Notes: a model not told the origin generated them from the sequence alone. Shown: positions 41,302 to 52,999, counted from the stretch's first letter. The stretch: 64,000 nt of DNA from Lophium mytilinum (GCA_010093605.1 MU004199.1:1240001-1304000); one strand, 5' to 3'. Numbers and translations are program-made.

Positions 41302-42306
41302 TTACGTTTGATCTCTCTTCTCCCTTTCCATAATCTCTCTTTTCCTTCTTAGCCGATCCATAGCACATTCCTCAATCTTGTCCATCAAGAGCAATGGTAA
41401 GGTTTCGTATGGGCTTTGTGCGCCTAGTAGGCGGTAACTAGTTGCGAGGAATCGAATGCGAAAGCCTTCCCACAAGTCTTGGTCCTCGATCGCCGTACTG
41501 TATGGTCTGGGGTAGTACGGATCGTTGAGGAAGAAGGCATGGCATGCTTGCTCCACCCCAGCTATGTCCATCGTGATCGGTTTGCAGCAGTCGAAGTCGA
41601 GTATCCAAATAACGTGCTCTCCCAGACCCGTGGACTTGAAGGACGTTGGCAGGCCTGGTTTGCGTGGAGGTGCCAGCACAAATTCGACGTCCGATGCGTC
41701 CACTTTCGCGGCCCAATGCATTACAGCAAGAGCATCGGCCATGGCGTTAGCGTACGCCAGCGTGTCCAGCTGTAGTTGTTCCATTTGATCGATGTGGAGG
41801 GGATAATTCCGGAGGCTGAAGAGTTGAAGTGCTGACTTTGTGGGTCCTGTGCGACGTCGCCTTCGTCCAAGATATGCTCGAATGAGACAGTCCTCATCCG
41901 CGCGGTTCGACTTTGTGAATTCCTTTCGGCTCGGGGGGCAGAATAAGTCCACGAGATAGTCTCGTCCTGGCCGAGGAATTCTAGGGATGCGCTCGGTAAC
42001 GAGAGACGTGCAATGGTCCAGGCGCTTTGGAAAGCGATGCGACATCTCCTCCCACCACTTGGAATCAGATTGCTCAATAAGTGCGCGGCATTCAGGTACT
42101 AGGTGTGGCATGGTTGTCGACGTATTGGAAAAGGCGTCGATGATTCTCTGATGCGTTTCGTAGTCGTTGCGCACTGAGCGGCCCGGGTTCATGTCTTCTC
42201 TCTTGATCGCATCGGAGCTGACGGTAGTGTCTCCATCGGAGGCCCAGATACTGCCGCAGTTGCCTTTTCCGATACAGCGAAAGCTAATGCTTGAGCTGGG
42301 CAACAT
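41302..42306 (-). CDS. DUF3669-family protein (kinase-like fold), 334 aa, intronless
   Basis: IGKGNCGSIW, KRED, LIRAYLGRRR, FSLRNYPLHIDQM, ALAVMHWAAKVDASDVEFVL, WILDFDCC and NDPYYPRP motifs; family recognised from memory. Confidence 0.85.
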   Translation of the reverse strand: MLPSSSISFRCIGKGNCGSIWASDGDTTVSSDAIKREDMNPGRSVRNDYETHQRIIDAFSNTSTTMPHLVPECRALIEQSDSKWWEEMSHRFPKRLDHCTSLVTERIPRIPRPGRDYLVDLFCPPSRKEFTKSNRADEDCLIRAYLGRRRRRTGPTKSALQLFSLRNYPLHIDQMEQLQLDTLAYANAMADALAVMHWAAKVDASDVEFVLAPPRKPGLPTSFKSTGLGEHVIWILDFDCCKPITMDIAGVEQACHAFFLNDPYYPRPYSTAIEDQDLWEGFRIRFLATSYRLLGAQSPYETLPLLLMDKIEECAMDRLRRKREIMEREKRDQT

Positions 42307-42694
42307 TGTAAGATGCTTTTGATGAAGTTGTTGGTAAGTATGATTGTTGTAGCTCAGGTGTGTGGTAAGATGGGAAGGTGCTATTCTAGTGCTCGCTTTC
42401 CCTAGGTAGGTAGTTCATACATGTCCCCGTGGAACAGTCCATCATGGTGAACCACTGGAAGCGAGATCTTCAAACGCTCCGGACCCACCGCCTCAGGTCT
42501 TACAGAACACAGTAGAAGCCAGCATCTTGTTTACCTTTCGTTTGCAAGCTAACGAGACTCTTCCACCAAGTTCAAATATACAGAGATATAAAGTCTTAGT
42601 TTACCGCAAGAATTGTCACATTCCTTATTCATCATCTTTGTCTGAATCTAGATCTCAACAAACTACTGACTTCTTCATTTCACCCCCGACGAAT

Positions 42695-43203
42695 ATGGCG
42701 TCGCAAGAAGCGAAGATGGAGAGCTGTCAGATTGCAATAGGCTACTGCTTCAGTGACCGCAAGCTTCTTTGGGAAGCTTTACAGGCTGCCGAGCTACCGG
42801 TGCTCATCAGCGATGGCGGATATCACGTCGATGGGAACAAAAAGCTGGCTGTCTTAAGAGATGCTGTGCTAAGGCTAGTGCTCGTGAAAGATGGGTATAG
42901 CGGCAACAAAACAAGAGGTAGGCGTATTATCTTGCCAGCTTGAAAACTTGTGGGCTCATTTTTAAATAAGTTTTAGCCTAGATGAACGATGCTGTGATGA
43001 AGTCGGCGAGACCTAGGTTTCCTCCCACCTCAAACAGGTTGTCGTTTGATCCAACAGAGCTCAACAAAAATCCGTCCCAAGGTAGCGTCGTTTCGTTCAA
43101 TACGATGACGGCCACTGTAAAGGCGCTTCTGGGGGCTGTATTTCTCGACAGCGATATTGACCATGTCGCCCAGGTCATGCGCAACATTGGTCTCACGGCC
43201 TGA
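42695..43203 (+). pseudogene. Stand-alone RNase III-domain gene, inactivated (premature TAG, altered conserved residues, internal inversion)
   Basis: IGYCFSDRKLLWEALQAA...GNKKLAVLRDAVL and TVKALLGAVFLDS resemble RNase III helices. The intron starts at 42918 and there is an in-frame TAG at 42979-42981. The expected middle segment lies on the minus strand (42995-43063). Confidence 0.8.
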
Positions 43204-43649
43204 AAGCTACTCAAGGAAAGCTCAATGGCAGATCGTTAGCCTAGATATCTGGTTCTTTGAGGCCCTTCTGAATAGTTGTAGCGTTATAGGGACTGGGCTT
43301 CTCTCCCATGGAGAAGGTGTGGGCCTGAGGCCAGTTGTTTTGATTTTCTATTTATTTCTTGAAAGTGCGAAGGGAGACGTACAATACAATTCAGCTACCT
43401 TGTAAATTTGACTTGTACAGAAACGGTCCACTGAAGTTGTTTCCTGGCTGAGCTTACAAAGGATTACGCACTCGCGAAATTGAGAACTGCTGAGGTTGCT
43501 AACCATGGACGGATGATGTTCATGTGAGGTCGGTTGAAGGCGGAAAATAGATACTGGACCAGCCCGTCACGCGGGGCATGAAAAAGATGGCACTCTATTC
43601 TACCCTTCTATAGAACTACCCATGTCTGCCGCTGTTTATAGTGCTTCAA

Positions 43650-43870
43650 TGCATTTTTAAAACTACCAATAAGGTAGAAACTCTTTCATTTAGGGTATAT
43701 AGAAACTTGTTAAATTACTATAAGTAGTAGTAGTCTAGTAGACCGGTGTACTAACTACCTACTAAATAAATATAAAACAGCGTGCTATTTAGGAATAAGG
43801 TATACCTATAATTTCTATACTTGTATAGCACCGTTAGAGGTCCTCTAGTATGCTATTACTACTTATAAAC
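43650..43870. repeat. Small RIP-mutated repeat fragment
   Basis: Abrupt AT-rich, TpA-rich, CpA/TpG-poor island between GC-balanced sequence. Confidence 0.6.
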
Positions 43871-44089
43871 CATCAGCTCTGGCAAGCCTAACAGCTTTCT
43901 AGGCCACCTCAGACGGTGTTGAACTGCTTGAGAGTGCCACTTTTTTCCTGCCTAGCGTGCCCGTGCGCCGGTTTTCATGCAGGAACATAACTTACATAAC
44001 TTCGACCTCAACCTCACGTAGCAGCCCCTCTGAAGATCTGTACCCGCCAGCTCCCCCAAAACTCCGCTTAAGCCGCCCTTCAACCGACC

Positions 44090-45577
44090 ATGAGTATGGC
44101 GGTGCTGGCGCGGGCTCTTCGCGCAATCCCCTTTGGCCGGACTCCAGATGGGTTCGTTCGACACACCCGGCCGTCACTCAGAGCGTCCCTCCGCCCGGTT
44201 CGAGTTCTCCCAAAGCGTCGCCATGCCTCCACCACATCCGAACTCGCCACCGATGGCCGGTCTGTTCTCACGCGCACCAAAAATGTGCTGTACGGGACCT
44301 CAATTGCCTTCTTCATAGGCTTCGGATACCTTTACATAACCGACACTAGAGCCAGTATTCACGAATGGCTTGTTGTTCCGGCATTGCGGGCGCTATATTC
44401 CGACGGTGAACAGGCACATCACGCTGGAACTGCCGCATTGAAGGGCCTGTACCAGTTTGGGCTGCACCCTAGGGAGCGGGGGAATCCTGACGCTGCGGGT
44501 GATCTGAGGATTGAAATATTTGGACAGGTCGTGGACAACCCCATAGGCACATCAGCGGGAATTGATAAAAATGCCGAAGTACCGTCACCACTTCTCGCGC
44601 TTGGTCCTGGCATCGTCGAAATTGGTGGAGTCACTCCACTACCGCAGCCGGGTAATCCAAAGCCCAGAGTCTTCAGGGTACCCTCGCAAAACGCCATGGT
44701 CAACCGATATGGGTTCAATTCCGAAGGCGCGGAGCACGTTGCTATGACACTACGCCAAAGAGTCAGAGAGTTCGCCCAGCGTGTTGGTCTTGGTATCGAC
44801 GCAGAGGCCGAACGAATGGTACTAGACGGTGAGGCTGGTGTGCCTCCAGGGTCTTTGGTGCCGGGAAGGCTCCTCGCTGTCCAAGTTACCAAGAACAAGT
44901 CGACTCCGGATAGTGACATCGAAGCCGTCAAAAGAGACTTTGCGTTTGGGATAGCACACCTTGGAAAGTACTCGGACATCATTGTAGTCAACGTGTCGAG
45001 TCCAAACACACCCGGTCTGCGCGCTCTGCAAAATGTTGCGCCGTTGACGCATATTCTAACCACATGCGTCAAGGCTGCGAGCGAAGTTGATAGGAAGACA
45101 AAGCCTGCCGTGCTTGTCAAAGTCAGTCCCGACGAAGACTCGGAGGAGCAAGTGTCCGGTATCTGCGAAGCCATATGGCAATCGGGCGTTGACGGAGTCA
45201 TCGTCGGCAACACGACAAAAAGGCGTCCAGATCCAATTCCAGAAGGATACAGCCTCCCGCCAACGGAAGCAGCCATACTCCAGGAGCAGGGAGGATACTC
45301 CGGGCCACAATTATTTCCAAGAACGCTGGAGTTGGTCAAGCGATATCGCAAGATGCTAGACGAAGGCCCCAAGTCTAGCGACGCCGAATCTCCCACGGAA
45401 TCTCTGAGACGCAAAACTATATTTGCCACAGGAGGCATCACAAATGGAAGTCAAGCGCTGCAGATACTTGAGGCTGGTGCAAGCGTTGCGATGGTTTACA
45501 CAGCGATGATATATTCTGGTGCTGGAACAATAAGCAGGATTAAAGCCGAGATGAGAGATGAGATTCGAGAGAAATAA
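44090..45577 (+). CDS. pyrE: Dihydroorotate dehydrogenase (quinone), class 2, mitochondrial; 495 aa, intronless
   Basis: Arg-rich presequence plus TM segment; NPIGTSAGIDKN, PQPGNPKPRVFR, NRYGFNS, VNVSSPNTPGLR, VKVSPD, NTT and GGYSG motifs. Confidence 0.97.
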   Translation: MSMAVLARALRAIPFGRTPDGFVRHTRPSLRASLRPVRVLPKRRHASTTSELATDGRSVLTRTKNVLYGTSIAFFIGFGYLYITDTRASIHEWLVVPALRALYSDGEQAHHAGTAALKGLYQFGLHPRERGNPDAAGDLRIEIFGQVVDNPIGTSAGIDKNAEVPSPLLALGPGIVEIGGVTPLPQPGNPKPRVFRVPSQNAMVNRYGFNSEGAEHVAMTLRQRVREFAQRVGLGIDAEAERMVLDGEAGVPPGSLVPGRLLAVQVTKNKSTPDSDIEAVKRDFAFGIAHLGKYSDIIVVNVSSPNTPGLRALQNVAPLTHILTTCVKAASEVDRKTKPAVLVKVSPDEDSEEQVSGICEAIWQSGVDGVIVGNTTKRRPDPIPEGYSLPPTEAAILQEQGGYSGPQLFPRTLELVKRYRKMLDEGPKSSDAESPTESLRRKTIFATGGITNGSQALQILEAGASVAMVYTAMIYSGAGTISRIKAEMRDEIREK

Positions 45578-45658
45578 ATGCAGCATAAACTACGGCTTGA
45601 CTTATGTAAACTTACTGTACTTTATTACTCAGCCTTAATAAAAAAGAACTGAAAGTCT

Positions 45659-45859
45659 TGTCAAAGGTATAGAGTCGATGGGAGAATAGATGGATAGATA
45701 GATAGATAGGAATTGTATTGCTTGAGTTCTATTCTACATCGACAGCAACGGAGTNNNNNNNNNNTATCACGTTCAAACGCTCACGGTTTCGTCCCGTTTG
45801 AAGGCTTTTGAGCCTATTATGCGTAAGGATATAACGCTTATGCTATTGTAATCCTTACA
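45659..45859 (-). mobile_element. Lightly mutated Copia LTR ends with 5-bp TSD AGTCT, spanning an assembly gap (solo LTR or collapsed full element)
   Basis: TGTCAAAGG...CCTTACA with AGTCT at 45654-45658 and 45860-45864. It is the reverse complement of the LTR at 58002-58269. Confidence 0.85.
45755..45764. other. Assembly gap (10 N)
   Basis: Run of n characters. Confidence 1.
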
Positions 45860-45869
45860 AGTCTAAAGT

Positions 45870-46970
45870 CTTAAAGGTATAGAGTCGATGTAAGAATAGA
45901 TAGATAGATAGATAGGAATTGTATTCTTTAAGTTCTATTCTATATTAATAGTAATAGAGTATATATATAGTATTAAACACATTATAAAATATTTCTCTAA
46001 TATTCTTATAATATTATCTAATATTTATTATATTATATTTAAATGCTTATAGTTTTATCCTATTTAAAGGCTTTTAAGCCTATTATATATAATAATATAC
46101 TATTATAAACCTTATAAACTCTCTTAAGCGTTATATACTTATTTTATATATTCTTTTTTAAATAGATAGAGAGATAGATAGATAGATAGATAGATAGATT
46201 AATAGATAGATAGATAGATAGCATTTTTTCTTCTATATATAGATAGATAGATAGATAGAATCTATAGATCTATATATTTATATAATAGAGTTATATCTAT
46301 ATATCTATATATCTATATATCTATATATCTATATATCTATATATCTATATATCTATATATCTATATATCTATTTAGTATCTAATCTTATATAGTCTACTA
46401 TTTTAGTAAACTACTTCCTACTAATAGTTTAGTAAATATATTAGCTATTTATTCCTTAGTATTAAGGTAGGCTAGCTTTATTAATCTATTTTAAATATTT
46501 TCTCTTATAGAATAATATTATATATCTATATATTTAGTTTTTAAGTAGTGTTTAGAATTATTAGCTAGTTCTATAGCTAATTAACTATCTATAAATAGAT
46601 AGAATTCTTCTATATTTCTAATATTAAGTTAGATTAATATATATATTAAGTATATATATTCTTTTATAGTTTCCTCTAAAGCTATATATTTAGCTTTACA
46701 ACTAGATAGTACTATAGATTTCTATAGTTTACTATTCTAGCTAATAGGAATTTTTCTATAGGAGAAGTAGTTGCTACTTATTAATTTTCCTTCTATTATA
46801 TTACCCCTATAATCTGTATTAGAATAGCCTAATAAATAAGGTGCAGGATTATTAGGAGAAAATCTAACACTTATTTCATGCTTAGGCTTATATAATAGAT
46901 ATTTCTAGATCCTTTTTAAAGCTTTAAAGTAAACAGGACTAGAATTAGATATAAATTAAGCGCATAGCTT
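45870..46970 (-). mobile_element. Ty1/Copia 3' remnant: end of RT, RNase H and 3' LTR (~45870-46097)
   Basis: De-RIP reading gives ISWNSKLQKS..LSSCEAEY..., KHIDIQYH..RE and ADIFTKPL. The LTR matches the 45659 and 58002 copies, with a purine tract before it on the minus strand. Confidence 0.88.
46293..46372. repeat. 8-bp tandem array (ATATCTAT)n next to (GATA)n tracts
   Basis: Directly visible. Confidence 0.85.
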
Positions 46971-49751
46971 AATATAAGACTTCCCCCTATTAGTATTATC
47001 TAGTAAAAAAGGGCACTTACCTATATCTAGAGTATATATATATCTATAGTATATATCTTTTAAGTATTAAGACTAGACTATTATAGGTTAGTACTATAAT
47101 ATAAGGCTAGTAGAAGTACTTATAGCTATAACTAGAAGGTGCTAAGCTAAGTATAGAAAGAGATAAAAAGAAGTCTAAGAAAATAGTAAGGAGTCCCTAT
47201 ATAGAATTATAAGGTATTATTACTATTATATAATTTATTATACTATAGAATTCTCTATATATAGTTAATATTTAGATATCTATATATAATATATAGATTT
47301 ACTAGTATAATACTATACTGCTATATATCTAGGGCAATTTAAGCTATATAGACCTCTTATATATATTTATAGCTTAGTTAGATTTCTTTATAGAATTAAT
47401 ATCTATTATTCTCTAAATTCTAATCTATATAATCTTAGAATATTATAATATTCTAGGCAATAATATCTTTAGCTCGCACTATTACTCGGGCCTTTCTAGC
47501 CCCCCTGCGCAGCAGGGGGGCCGCCAGCTTACTAGCTTCCTAGCTTACCAGCCATAAACGCTAAAAATAGTAAATACTATTAGGGCTTAATATATCTAGG
47601 GGTTTTAATTTCTAATAGTCTATTTATAGCGCGCATCTATTTTCTATATATAATTCTAATTGCCTCTTACTTCTTCTAAAGCTTTCTATTTACCTTTTCC
47701 CGTTATAGTTATACTTTAATTTCTTCCTTCTTAAGTATTAATTTACTCTTTTTAGCTACTATATTCTAAGCGGCGCCGGCCTATAGTAGGCCTATATTCT
47801 TAATTTACCTATATAGGTCTCTTTTAGAATCTAATTAAACCTAGCTAGTAGCTATATAGCTAGCTAATTATCTATATATAATATTACCTACTAAGACTAT
47901 ACCTATTATATATAACGTAACTCTATAGAGTGCAGGGGATAGAAAGGTAGATAATAGAAAGAAAGAAAGAGTTATAGAACTAGAAATAGATAGCTATAAT
48001 ATATTAAAGGCTTAGCCTCTAATACTTCTACTAATATATAATAGTTCTATACTAAGTATTTAAAACCTTATAATAATACTACTATATAACTACTAGCCGT
48101 CTATATATATAGTATATAATAATAGCTTATCTATAATAATACTCTAGCTTACCTTTATATACTTAAGTATCTACTCTTATCCTCTATTATTCTTCTAGGT
48201 ATTTAAAATTATATTACTAAAATACTTAAGTTTTTAGCTAGATATTAGTATTATAATATTATTTAAATCTTAGACTAGCGGCGTTTTATTTTAAATCCTC
48301 TATAGGTTAATTAGACTTAGGGGGGGTATAGAGTATTAATTAATAATAACTAATAGATACTAGGGTATAATTTCTACCTTCTTCTATTACTCTAGAATAG
48401 TTTCTTCTTTAAAGGTCTTTATTTAAGAGCCGTAAATAGTATTTAGAAGTTCTATTATTATTATTAAATTCTATTAAGCTAGTATAGCTTCTATTAGAAT
48501 CTATATAGCTATTCTATCTAGGCTAGTTATAAGAAGAAAACTATTTACTACTAAGTAGCTATTAGATAAAAACCCTATCTTCTATAGTATATTAAGCTAA
48601 GCGCCCTTTCTTATAGTATTATTTAGCTATTAGAAATATATAGTAGATCTATTAGGCCTACTATAAAATAAGCTATTATAATATATTCTTCTAGATTTAG
48701 ATTAAATTAATTAGAATCTAGGGCGGTTTACTAGTATAGAATTAGCGTAAGGGTATATATATAGTATAGATATATATATATTCTATCTTAAAGATAGGTT
48801 TAAAGAAAGAAATTAAGTATAGAGAGCCCTATAGATAAAAAGAATAGAAAAGCTAAAATAAAATAGAAAGGCTATATAATATATAGTAGTATAAGGCCTA
48901 TTAAATAGCTACTTATTAGATAGTAATATTATTCTATTCTATTTCTTATAGATATAGAAAGTATATAGTAGAAGTATATAGTAGAGTATATAACTTATAG
49001 TATACTATAGAAAGTATACTACTACTAGTAGCTAGTATAGTCTTCTATAGTATAGCTAGTAGTTATAAAAGGGCTAAAGGGCGGCTCTATAGTAGAGTAT
49101 ATAATATTTAAATAGTATATAGCTTTATAGATAGCTATTATAAAGTAGAGAGGCTACTAAGAAATAAAAGGGCTATAAAGAGTAGAAAGTATATAATAGA
49201 AAGTATAGTAGAAGAGATAGCTCTAGTATACTATAGAAAGTCTATAGCTATATATAGTAAGTATAAGCTTTTATAGTATAGCTAAAAGCTATAGTATAGC
49301 TAAGAGCTATAGCGTAGCTAAGAGTTATAGCCTAGCTAATAGAGATAGAGCTAAAAGATAGTAGATAGATAGTAGTAAATAGAGTATATAGATAGATATA
49401 GATTATATTATATACTATCTACTCTATAATAAGAGAATATAACCCCTCTTATATACTTTTTAGCCTAGCTAGAGAAAACTCTTATCTAAGGGCTTACCTT
49501 CTAGTAAAACCTTAAAAAACTAGGTATATAAAGTCTATCTTCTATATCTCTATACTAGTTTACTTCTTAAGCCTATATTATTTTTTCTTTTTATCTATTT
49601 ATAGATTAATATATATATCTATTCTTTTAAGCTATATAAATAGTATTAAGATAGGCTATATTTAATAGTTACTACTATTATATATTTTATCTTATAGCTA
49701 ATACTATTTTATAATATTTTATATTATTTCTTTTATAAGGCTAACTATATC

Positions 49752-51332
49752 TATTAGAGCTTAAATATATATAGAAAATAGGCTTATATTTAAGAGTAAT
49801 AAGAATATAAAGCTAGAAAGTATAGAGGTATAGAGGCGTAAGCTATAGTTATAGGCTACTTACCTAGCTTATACTAATATATCTCTATAGTGTAGGCTTA
49901 TATAATAGTATACTTAATATATAGCTATAATATATCTCCCCCCTCTAAAGAAGGCCCCTTTCTCTCCCCTTCTAGCTAGGCTTCTAGTTATAATAAACTA
50001 TAAACTAGAGAGTCCTCCCTTTTATTTATATAGGTCTAGTAGCCGTATATTATTATACTAGGTAAGATAGATAAGTTTAAATATATTTAAATTAATATTA
50101 AGTAGTAAGGCTATTAGGCGAGCTTATTACTTATAGCTAGAGCTAAATTAATAATTAGTATTATTTCTAATATATAGCTAAACTATATACTAATTTCTAG
50201 CGTAATTATATATACGCAGCTATATAGTAGCTATAAAACTAGCTATAATAGGGCTATATAGAGCTATATAGTATACTATATTTTCTTCTATTATTTTTAG
50301 AAGAGAATTATAGCTAAATTAGTATTATATATATAGGCGTAGGCGTATATATAGTATAGATATAGGTATAGTATAAGTATAGGCGTAGATAGGCGTTTAA
50401 TATAGAAATTAGATAAGAATTATTAAGAGGCTCTAGCTATAGATAGATATAGCCTATAGTACGGCCGTAGCTTTAAAAATAGTAGCTAGCTTATAGGCTA
50501 TTAATATTTAAATTTATAGAAATTTATATAGGGCGTTTAAATAAGTAATATATAGTATTATAGGTAGTTAGTTTTTAGATATAAAAGCTATAGCTTCTTT
50601 AATAGTAGGCTAATAGGTATAGTCTATTAAGAGAATTATAAGAATTATAAGGATTTTAATATTATAGATAATAAAAAGGGGCCTACTAGTAAGGCTAGTA
50701 ATGCAGGCGTAGTTATAAGATAATAATTTTTCTTATAGTTCTAACCTTAAGCTTTAATTTCTATATATACTATAATCTATTCTTCTACTATAATAAGCTA
50801 TACGCATGCAGTAGGTTCTTTCTTTCTCTAGCCCTTTCTAGCCTATTATAACTAAGCTTTATCTATCTTTATCTTTATTATAGGCTATAGTATAGTATAG
50901 ATAATAGTTATTTAGGCTTATATAGCGCGCTAAGGTAGTTAAATATATAAGGGACTCTATAGGCACCCTATAGGTTCTACTTAGTACTACTTATAGTAAT
51001 AAATATAAGAATAAGGTATAATAAGATTACTAAAGTATACTAGCTTAGTTAGTTGCTTATTATAGATATTATAGTGGGGTAATTATAGTAGTAAGGTAAT
51101 TAAGAGGTAGCTCTATAAGCTATAAAAATTAAGGTAAAGCCTATTTACTTCTAGCCTCTAGAAGAAGCTTTATATTATATTAGGGCTTAAATATATATAG
51201 AAAATAGGCTTATATTTAAGAGTAATAAAAATATAAAGCTAAAGAGTATAGAAATATAAAGGCGTAAGCTATAGTTATAGGCTGCTTATTTAGCTTAGGC
51301 TAATATATCTCTATAAATATATAGCTATAATA
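49752..51332 (-). mobile_element. Small non-autonomous LTR element (TRIM-like), 1.58 kb
   Basis: Direct repeats at 49752-49932 and 51178-51332, TSD ATATC on both sides (49747-51, 51333-37), and a polypurine tract (AGAGGGGGGAGA on minus) abutting the left LTR. Confidence 0.8.
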
Positions 51333-52999
51333 ATATCTTATAGAAGTTACTATCTATATACCTCTAGCTAAATAGTATACTTTAGTATTTCTCTTCTACT
51401 AACTAAAATAGAGTATTTTTCTTTATTCTCCCTCTTATTAATACTATTCTCTAGTATATTTAGCTACTACTATTCTCTATACTTATACTCTACCCTATAT
51501 ATTATAGTATTAGTAGCTAGATTAGTTAGGTATTATTACCTTATAGTACTTTATTAGGGTGCATCTACTAGAAATTATCTAGTTTATTATTCTTTCTCTC
51601 TTTATCTATCTAGTAGATAGCTCTATTACTCTAACTATACTAGTAGTAACTATAATAATCTCTCTAAGAAGCTTTAGATATTCTCCGCGCACTAGTAGGC
51701 GCCTATAGATAATAGTAGATAGCTATAAGTACTATACTATTTAAAGCCCTTCTTTTAACTACTATCTATAGTACTATTCTCTAAGTAAAGCTATAAGTAC
51801 TATACTATTTAAGGCTCTCTACTTAGCTACTAGTAACTATTATAACGCTATAGGCACTATATATACTATTAGTAGAAGTTAATAGAAAAAAGAGTAAAAA
51901 CTCTATATTACTACTCTAGAGGTATTCTATTTAGCTTCTAGGGGTTCTATATTATAATAAATAATATAAGAGCCTATTTTCTATATAGATAGATACTAGT
52001 TAAATAGTTTTTATATTTATTTTAATAGTTATTTCTCTATTTTAGTAATATAGTTTATTATAGTTATTCTCTAGCTACTAAACTTTTAAATAGCTATATT
52101 ACTATTACTAACTCTATTATTACCTTAAGTATCTACTTTATAGTAATAAGACTATAGGTTTATAGTACTACCTTATATAGGCTACTTATAAAGCTTATAG
52201 TATTTTAAAAGTTCTATTTTATTAAAATCTATATAGCTCTTAGTATATACTTTTATTATAGCTTAGCTAAGCTAGTACTTATATAGCTAGAATATACTAA
52301 TATCTAGTAGCTAGTATAGGTGCGTTATATATAGTAGTATTAGAAATAGAAGAATATTATAAATATTATAATATTTAATAATCTATTAAGTACTATAGAT
52401 AGTATAGCTATCTAAAAAAAGTATTCTATAGGCACTTTTCTATTACTTAGCCGTCTATTAATTAAATAACTAGATTTATTAGAATACTAGCTAGTTATTT
52501 ATATAGGCTATTTTATTAGCTTTAAGTATATATTTAGATTAAATAGTTAATTAAGTAAACTAGTATATCTACTTAACCTTCTCTTTAAGTACTATATTAA
52601 CTAAGATTATATAAATACTAGGCTTAGCAGCACTACTAAGTAAGGAAGGCGGTAGTAGTATAATTATATTAAATCGCAGCTAAATCTCTTTATAGCTACT
52701 ATAAGCACTAATATCCTTACTATTAAAACGTTGTATTTTTCTATTATATATATAATAAAAGTTATAAAGCTTATAATTTTCTATTAATTACGCTTAAAAC
52801 TACTAATTTTAGAGTTATTTTAAGTTATAAAGCCTTAGTATTAAATTTACTTTTAGAGGAATATACTACTAGTATATAGATATATAAATAATAATAAACC
52901 CCTTTTCTATTTCTTATAACTTAACTCTACTAATTTTCTTCTAATTTACTTAATTTTTACTATATTTTCTTACCGCTATACCTCTTAAAGAGCTTAATT

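Noticed and set aside
44419..45441. 340-aa minus ORF
   Set aside because: Antisense shadow of DHODH.
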